Source: Promethearchaeota archaeon
Lineage (GTDB): Archaea > Asgardarchaeota > Lokiarchaeia > Sigyniarchaeales > SOKP01
Assembly (NCBI GenBank): GCA_019058295.1
Contig: JAHPZI010000010.1
Location: 1-64,000, forward strand
Direction of reading: 5' to 3'
Length of the DNA: 64,000 nucleotides
Numbering within the stretch: position 1 is the stretch's first letter; each line of letters opens with the position of its first letter. The notes beneath the pieces are model-generated. The model ran no database searches, was not told the DNA's origin, and worked only from the letters and a program-made list of their open reading frames with translations. Shown here one piece after another: positions 57,524-64,000 of the stretch. A program made the position numbers and the translations under genes.

Positions 57524-57973
57524 TTATACTCTGTTGGTGTATTTATCAAACCATTCATTGAATATTTCATGCCGTTTGAACTTTTCAATGTCGAAATTTT
57601 TTCCTACAATCATTAAATTTCTAAGGGAAGCTAATAGAGCAGTAAAAAAAGCTTCATCCATTATATGAAACTCAATAATGTGTTTATCATTATCAACAAG
57701 AGCAAATTTGTAGTCATTTAGATCTAATTTCTCAGATTTGAAATGCTCATACTCCTTCACACTAAAATCTAATTCAAATAAGACTTGTTTTTTAAATTCA
57801 GTAAGATTATCATTTTTGAATGATCCTGATACAAATAGATTAAAAAATCCCATTTGATATCCTTGGTCGTCATTAATAGGTTTAATTTGTTCTTCTGCTT
57901 TCTCAATAAAGATATATTCGACAGTTATATCTGGGTCTATAATATTATCCTGAATTTCTTCTTCATCAGGCAT
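57524..57973 (-). CDS. Hypothetical protein
   Basis: 149-aa ORF overlapping the ABC gene stop. Confidence 0.65.
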   Translation of the reverse strand: MPDEEEIQDNIIDPDITVEYIFIEKAEEQIKPINDDQGYQMGFFNLFVSGSFKNDNLTEFKKQVLFELDFSVKEYEHFKSEKLDLNDYKFALVDNDKHIIEFHIMDEAFFTALLASLRNLMIVGKNFDIEKFKRHEIFNEWFDKYTNRV

Positions 57974-59774
57974 GAGTACTTTTTCTCATTTTTTCTATAT
58001 ACTCTAATGACTGGTGTCTAAAATAAGTATTGTAAAGTTCAGCATATTTTCCGCCTTTTGCCATAAGCTCATCATGGTTTCCTTGTTCAACAATTTTTCC
58101 ATGATCTAAAACAATAATCCTATCGACATGGCGAACTGTCCAAAGACGATGTGCAATAATAATAGATGTTCGCCCCTTAATTGTCTTTTCAAGGGCGTCT
58201 TGTATTCGCGTCTCGGTAAAGGGATCTACACTAGCCGTAGCTTCGTCTAAAATGAGAATTGAAGGATTCTCGAGTAAAGTTCGGGCAAAAACGACTAATT
58301 GACGTTGTCCCATTGAAAGTTGATTCCCTCTTTCTCCAACTTTCGTAATTAATCCTTTTGATAACTCCCCAACCCAACCATAACCACTTGTTTGATTCAA
58401 TGCCTCAATAATATCTTCTCTAGTTGCGTTATTAAAACCGTATCTAATATTACTTTTAATTGTACCAGACCATAAGAATGGTATTTGAGGTATAATTCCT
58501 ATTTGTTTTCGGTATTCGCTAAGATCAAAATCTCTAATTGATGTTCCATCAATTAAAATGTTGCCACCTTGAAATTCATAAAATCGAGCCAACAATTTAG
58601 CTAAAGAAGATTTACCTGCCCCTGTGTGACCAACAATAGCCAAAGATTCACCTGGTTGTATAGTTAGAGAAAAATTATCGAAAACTCTTTTTTCATCTTC
58701 ATATTGAAATGTTAAATTCCTAAACTCAATTTTACCTTTGAACTTTTCTGGTTTTATATCGTTATTTTGAATAACAACTGGAGGAGTATCAATTAAAGCA
58801 AAAATTCTTTCTGAGGCTGCTAATCCTGCTTGAAGTTGGGGCCAAAATGCGGCAATCACTAATAGAGGAAAGAATAACATCTGAAGACTTTGTAGAAATA
58901 GGTATAACTCTCCCACACTTATTTGCCCTCCAATAACGTATATGCCTCCAAAATAAACAATTAAAGCTAAAAGAACTCCCATTATAACACCAAGGGAAGG
59001 AAAAATTGTATATAAAACAAATCCTTTCTTTAAGTTAACATTGTAAGATTGATTATTGACATCGTTAAACTTTTCATAAAGTTTCCTTTCCTGTCGAAAA
59101 GTTTTTGCTATTTGAATCCCGCTAAAACTTTCTTTGACATACGCATTAACAGATGCTAATGCTCTTTGACCTAAAAGAGTCTTATGTCTAGCTATCTTCC
59201 TAAATAATAATGCTACGATAAAAAAGAGCGGAATTGAGATCATAAAAATGATAGCTAAAAACATATTAATTAAGCACATAACTATTAACAATATTGCCAT
59301 AATAAAGAGAGATGAGACAACCTGCATTGTTAGATCAACAGTTTGACCAAAATCTCGACTGTCTGTGTTCATTCGGCTGACAATTTTTCCAATTGGATTC
59401 CTATCAAAAAATGATAGATCATGGTTTAATACAGACTTATTTGCATCTCTTCGTAAATCTAAAACAACATTTCCAACTACTCTAGCAGTATATTTCTGCC
59501 GAAAATAGTTAAACCCCCAGCTTAAAAGATTTAAAATAAAAATTAATAGAATGACTATAATCAAATATAAAAGATCTCTATTAGTTTCTAAATTGGTTAT
59601 AGCAATTGAGACCAAAATTGGTATCAAAGCATATGTAAAAGCTGAGATTATCAAAAAAAATATAACTATGCTCATTTCTCGCCTATACGGATGAAAATAA
59701 GAAAATATCCGATTTACTAAATATTTATCTTCATACTTTCGGTCATATTCTTCTGCTTCAAGACCGGCCAACAT
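57966..59774 (-). CDS. ABC exporter, TMD-NBD half transporter
   Basis: GHTGAGKS, LSMGQRQ, ILDEAT, IAHR. Confidence 0.95.
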   Translation of the reverse strand: MLAGLEAEEYDRKYEDKYLVNRIFSYFHPYRREMSIVIFFLIISAFTYALIPILVSIAITNLETNRDLLYLIIVILLIFILNLLSWGFNYFRQKYTARVVGNVVLDLRRDANKSVLNHDLSFFDRNPIGKIVSRMNTDSRDFGQTVDLTMQVVSSLFIMAILLIVMCLINMFLAIIFMISIPLFFIVALLFRKIARHKTLLGQRALASVNAYVKESFSGIQIAKTFRQERKLYEKFNDVNNQSYNVNLKKGFVLYTIFPSLGVIMGVLLALIVYFGGIYVIGGQISVGELYLFLQSLQMLFFPLLVIAAFWPQLQAGLAASERIFALIDTPPVVIQNNDIKPEKFKGKIEFRNLTFQYEDEKRVFDNFSLTIQPGESLAIVGHTGAGKSSLAKLLARFYEFQGGNILIDGTSIRDFDLSEYRKQIGIIPQIPFLWSGTIKSNIRYGFNNATREDIIEALNQTSGYGWVGELSKGLITKVGERGNQLSMGQRQLVVFARTLLENPSILILDEATASVDPFTETRIQDALEKTIKGRTSIIIAHRLWTVRHVDRIIVLDHGKIVEQGNHDELMAKGGKYAELYNTYFRHQSLEYIEKMRKSTHA

Positions 59775-61639
59775 TACAATTTCTCCTCACATTGTTTTAA
59801 TAAATAATCTAAATCTACATCGAATTTTTTAACAAAAATTTTCCTATATTCTTCTGATGTTCTAAGCAATTCTTCGTGAGTACCTTTGGCTACAATTTCT
59901 CCTTGTTTTAATACTAAAATTAAATCAGCCCATCTTATTTGACTTAAACGATGAGTAATTAAAATTGTTGTTCTGTCTTTTAGTATGTTTCGAATAGCTT
60001 TTTGAATTTTATCCTCAGTTGCCGAATCAATTGCAGATGTTGAATCATCCAATATTAGAATTCGAGGATCACTAAGAAATGCACGGGCTATTGCAATTCT
60101 CTGTCTTTCGCCACCACTAAGCTGAACACCTCGTTCTCCAACCTCTGAATTGTATCCATTTGGTAATTTAGAGATAAACTCATGTGCTTGAGCTTGCTTA
60201 GCAACCATTTCAACATCTTCAATTGAACTCGTTCTTCCAAATGTAATATTTTCGAAAATGGTTGTAGAAAATAAAAATACATCTTGTTCAATATATGAGA
60301 TTTGGCTTCTTAAAGAGTTTAATGCCATATTGCGCACATCTATATTATCTATAAGTATTCTACCCTCATTCACATCGTATAAGCGGGAAATTAATTTAGT
60401 TAAAGTGGTTTTACCTGATCCGGTTGTACCCACAATCGCAATTGTCTGTCCAGGTTTCACTTCAAAAGATAAATTTTTTAATATTGGTTGAGAACGTTTG
60501 GAGTAAGCAAAAGAAACATTTTCAAATTTAATATTACCCTCAAATATCTTTTCACTACCCTCAAGGTTTTCGTCAATTTCAGTTTCTTGATTCATAAAAT
60601 TAAGCAATCTTTGAGCGCCTGAAACAGCCAAACGAATAATAGCAAATACAAATATAGAAATAAATGTGGGAAAACGCAATAAAGAAATTAATCCAACATA
60701 CGCGATGATTTGTCCAATATTCATAAAACCTTGATAATATAGATAAATTGCATGAGTCAACCCAAATGTAACAGATAATGCCAAAAATAAGAGTGGTAGG
60801 TATTTTGCTTGAATATGTCCTTGCTTAATAAAAGCATCCCTATAATTCATTGCTTTATCAAGATATTTCTTCATCTCAGCCAATTCTTGAGTGCTACTTT
60901 TCACAACTTCTATACCGTTTAGAGTTTCAGTCAGAGTTGCATTCATTCGACCAAATTCAAATCTCAATATACCAGTTACTGGTGTAATTTTATGAATATA
61001 AGATCTTAACGCAAATAAGAAGAATATTACAAAAATCAATGGAGCTAAAAGCAATTGGGGAGGAAAAAATAATGCTATATATATTAAAGGCACAACTAAT
61101 GAAGTAAAAGATTCTATTATAAGTGATAATGCGGGACTAATCATGAAATTAAGCATTCGGACATCATCTGTGGCACGTGCCATAACTTCTCCAATTTTTT
61201 GCTGATCATGAAAAGATTGGCTTTTTCCCAGAAGATTGGTAAAAAATTCCCTACGAACATCTCTTTCTAATCGTTGAGCCAAAATCTCTCTTACCAGATA
61301 ATTAAAAAGTCTTAAAATAGGAACGCTTATACCTAATATTAAAATTATAATAATGTAAAATATAAAATTTGAATCATTACCATCCATTAATTCAGAAATC
61401 GTCATACCTAGGACAATTAATGAAGCTGAATTTAAATTTGCAGCAACGATTGTAGTAAATAAAACGAAAAAAATAAAAAATTTGTTATTTTTATGAAATA
61501 AATGCGCTAAAATCCACGGACGCGTCCCTTTATGGCGAGTTTTTATAAAACGATCTATTTCTGGAGAAAATTCAACAGTTTGGTTAATAGAAGATCTATT
61601 TTTTTTTATTAAATGGGTTTTTTTTTTCCTGTTATCCAT
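59774..61639 (-). CDS. ABC exporter, TMD-NBD half transporter (degenerate-site partner)
   Basis: GTTGSGKT, LSGGERQR, ILDDST (E to D), ITHR; TAATG overlap with partner. Confidence 0.95.
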   Translation of the reverse strand: MDNRKKKTHLIKKNRSSINQTVEFSPEIDRFIKTRHKGTRPWILAHLFHKNNKFFIFFVLFTTIVAANLNSASLIVLGMTISELMDGNDSNFIFYIIIILILGISVPILRLFNYLVREILAQRLERDVRREFFTNLLGKSQSFHDQQKIGEVMARATDDVRMLNFMISPALSLIIESFTSLVVPLIYIALFFPPQLLLAPLIFVIFFLFALRSYIHKITPVTGILRFEFGRMNATLTETLNGIEVVKSSTQELAEMKKYLDKAMNYRDAFIKQGHIQAKYLPLLFLALSVTFGLTHAIYLYYQGFMNIGQIIAYVGLISLLRFPTFISIFVFAIIRLAVSGAQRLLNFMNQETEIDENLEGSEKIFEGNIKFENVSFAYSKRSQPILKNLSFEVKPGQTIAIVGTTGSGKTTLTKLISRLYDVNEGRILIDNIDVRNMALNSLRSQISYIEQDVFLFSTTIFENITFGRTSSIEDVEMVAKQAQAHEFISKLPNGYNSEVGERGVQLSGGERQRIAIARAFLSDPRILILDDSTSAIDSATEDKIQKAIRNILKDRTTILITHRLSQIRWADLILVLKQGEIVAKGTHEELLRTSEEYRKIFVKKFDVDLDYLLKQCEEKL

Positions 61640-61747
61640 AATATGTTAATTTAAAATATTATCGAGAATTTCAGTATTCTTATTTAGAAATATAAATTAA
61701 TCAATTCCAATTATTTATAGTATTTTTTCTGAAATTAGAAAAAAAAA

Positions 61748-62728
61748 TTAGATAAAAAATTTAACGGGAAAGTAAATAATAATAGAAAGTATTGCTGATA
61801 CAGGGAAAGTTAAAATCCAAACCAATATGATCTTCCATAAGCCTTTTTTCATCGGGGTTCTGCTTGCTTTCGCTAATCCTACTAAGGATGCAACTAGCAT
61901 GTGAGATCCTGATAGTGGTATTTTTTGAATGGTTCCAATTAACATTATTGCTGCTGTTGGTAGCTGCGCCGCAAATGCTGTGGAAGGTCTAAGTTCTGTC
62001 ATTTCTCCTAAATTCTTAATAACTACCCTCCCTAAAACAACAAGTCCACAGCCTAAACTCAAACCAGTAATTATCAGGAGAAAACCAACATCAACTTTAC
62101 CTACACCCACCACGATTCCTACCGCATTGGAACAATCATTTCCCGATCTTGAAAAAGCGGTAATACAAATTGCAATTAAGATGATGATGGCAAATTTTTT
62201 CTCATACCCTTCATAGTCTTGAAATCCATTAAGCCGATTTTCTTTAAATTTATACATAATTTTATAAGCAAAATATGTACCAAAAAATCCTACAATAGGA
62301 GATAAAATCCACCACATTGCCAAGTAGAGAATCATTCCCCAATTTAATCCGGTAATTCCCCATAGAAAAATTCCAATCCCTATGATACTTCCGATTGTAG
62401 CATGAGTTGTGGAGATCGGAAGCCCTAAAGCAGATGCAAGAATCAACCAGATGGCTGTTGAAATCAAAACAGTCATAACAATTACTTGGGTAACCTCAAT
62501 GTTACTCGCAAGAATACTATTCCCAACCGTTTTTGCAACTCCTTCGCCTAATAATAATGCCCCCGCAAATGCAAGTATAACAGCAAATAAAAGGACTTCT
62601 TTCATCGTTAGAATCTTGGAACCGTATATCACAGAAAAAGTTTCATCATTCCCACCGATTCCTACTGCGATCACTACTGCTATAATAAGGAAAATGATGA
62701 TAATGATTGTAAATTCCAATTTATTCAC
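61748..62728 (-). CDS. Inorganic phosphate transporter (PiT family)
   Basis: GGNDE, GLPISTTH, GNDCSNA, PLSGSH. Confidence 0.92.
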   Translation of the reverse strand: MNKLEFTIIIIIFLIIAVVIAVGIGGNDETFSVIYGSKILTMKEVLLFAVILAFAGALLLGEGVAKTVGNSILASNIEVTQVIVMTVLISTAIWLILASALGLPISTTHATIGSIIGIGIFLWGITGLNWGMILYLAMWWILSPIVGFFGTYFAYKIMYKFKENRLNGFQDYEGYEKKFAIIILIAICITAFSRSGNDCSNAVGIVVGVGKVDVGFLLIITGLSLGCGLVVLGRVVIKNLGEMTELRPSTAFAAQLPTAAIMLIGTIQKIPLSGSHMLVASLVGLAKASRTPMKKGLWKIILVWILTFPVSAILSIIIYFPVKFFI

Positions 62729-62733
62729 CTGAA

Positions 62734-63381
62734 TTATTTACCGGGATACTTAATAATTAATCCTCTTAAAAAATCTGAAATCTCTTCAGCCCCAGATATT
62801 ACATCAAAAATTAATGTAACTATTTTCCATGTTAAGCTTATTCGCAATGGTTCGTCCTTTTTCTGGAAAATAATATGAAGAATTTTAAATTTCAAATCAA
62901 ATGCTTGTCTTTTCCATTTTTCAACTTCAAAAGTTATCTCATAAGCCCCGCTAAAACTGGTTTCCATAAGTAATGTGCAATTTAGAAGTTGATTTACAGT
63001 CTCCAAATATAATTTGTTTAATTGGTTCATCTCGTCTCTAATATCCTCATAAAATTCGAACGGAAAAACTTGGATATATCTGGCTATGATCTCAGACATA
63101 TCCATAATATTATCTAAAGAAGTTATTATTTTATATCTGTCTTCAATCAAAAAAGGAAGCGCTCTTTTATCCTTAAATAAAACCTCTATATATTTCTCTT
63201 TAATCCTATCGCAATGCTTTTCGCATAATATTATTTCTTGAAATTTTTCCCCTACTTTATCTAACCTATTTTCGATAAAATCGCTCATATAATTGAATAG
63301 CCTTTCGGCGCCATTTCGTATTTCTTCTTGAAATTCTTTATTAATTTGGCTTATATTTTCCCTTTCTTTTTTCAATTTCAT
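62734..63381 (-). CDS. DUF47 / PhoU-like phosphate transport regulator
   Basis: E..CD, P...EDR....LD.I.D; directly upstream of PiT. Confidence 0.88.
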   Translation of the reverse strand: MKLKKERENISQINKEFQEEIRNGAERLFNYMSDFIENRLDKVGEKFQEIILCEKHCDRIKEKYIEVLFKDKRALPFLIEDRYKIITSLDNIMDMSEIIARYIQVFPFEFYEDIRDEMNQLNKLYLETVNQLLNCTLLMETSFSGAYEITFEVEKWKRQAFDLKFKILHIIFQKKDEPLRISLTWKIVTLIFDVISGAEEISDFLRGLIIKYPGK

Positions 63382-63575
63382 TCATTAATCACTATATCTC
63401 TCAAAAACAGCTTTTTAATATTATTTCTTTAAAGTGTAATTTTATTAAGAATTAGTAAAATAAATATTATACTTTATTGGAACCCTTGTTAAAAATAAAA
63501 AAATTATCCATTTAAAAATTTTTAATTATAATTTATCATTTCACTATGTAAAAATAATAATTGGATATATAATAT

Positions 63576-64000
63576 ATGTATAAATATAGCGTTTCAATTT
63601 TAGGAACTGGTTTTATTGGATTATGTTCCGCAGCATGCTTTGCCCTAAAAGATATAAAAGTTATAGCTTCTACACATAATGAAAAAAAAGCTGCCATAAT
63701 AAATGATTACAGATCTCCTTTTTTTGAAGAAGGATTAGCTGAAATGCTGTCTGAAGTAAAGGAGCAAAAGCCAGAACTTCTTAAATGTTTGACTGATCCT
63801 GTTCAGGCTGTTGTAGACACAGATATTATGATGATTACACAGGGAACACCGATGCGACCAGATAAATCGATCAATTTAGGTTTTATCGAAAGTACTGCTA
63901 AAGAGATTGGTGAAGCTTTGAAAAAAAGTGATAAATACCGTTTAATTGTTGTGAGATCGACTGTAGTACCGGGGACAACTAGGAATCTAGTAGGTAAAAC
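63576..64000 (+). CDS. UDP-glucose/GDP-mannose dehydrogenase family protein, 3' end truncated by the window
   Basis: Not in track; MYKYSVSILGTGFIGL...PFFEEGL...QGTP...VVRSTVVPGTT. Confidence 0.9.
   Translation, partial: MYKYSVSILGTGFIGLCSAACFALKDIKVIASTHNEKKAAIINDYRSPFFEEGLAEMLSEVKEQKPELLKCLTDPVQAVVDTDIMMITQGTPMRPDKSINLGFIESTAKEIGEALKKSDKYRLIVVRSTVVPGTTRNLVGK

Noticed and set aside
3023-62732. Numerous short ORFs nested in or antisense to well-supported genes (e.g. 4600..4926, 12397..12636, 33291..33704, 49177..49608, 61929..62216)
   Set aside because: No motifs; explained as shadow frames

Overview
An AT-rich archaeal chromosomal window, most likely from an Asgard (Lokiarchaeia-like) genome. 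This assignment is inferred from several roadblock, longin and V4R genes, a longin-small GTPase fusion, an archaeal-type S10 and an archaeal-type SRP RNA. Most genes are housekeeping or metabolic: glycogen phosphorylase, Dus, MtnA, OTCase, GH38, GH172, two corrinoid/UroD-family pairs, an ABC exporter, PiT and two nucleotide-sugar dehydrogenases. Features missed or mis-started by the ORF track are an SRP (7S) RNA at ~19.3-19.6 kb, rps10 with an apparent ATA start, a CTG-started MBL hydrolase, an ATT-started secreted protein, a candidate C/D-box sRNA and a 54-aa ORF with an in-frame TGA in a CxxU context. The most interesting loci are: (i) a compact roadblock / V4R / longin-roadblock / roadblock operon combining the folds of eukaryotic TRAPP and Ragulator; (ii) an MIT-domain-TPR fusion; (iii) a Bud23/WBSCR22-like methyltransferase; (iv) a stand-alone Not4-type C4C4 RING protein; (v) the candidate selenoprotein; (vi) a LAGLIDADG gene sitting where a DUF1848 gene is truncated. 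All homology calls are by eye from motifs; no searches were run.
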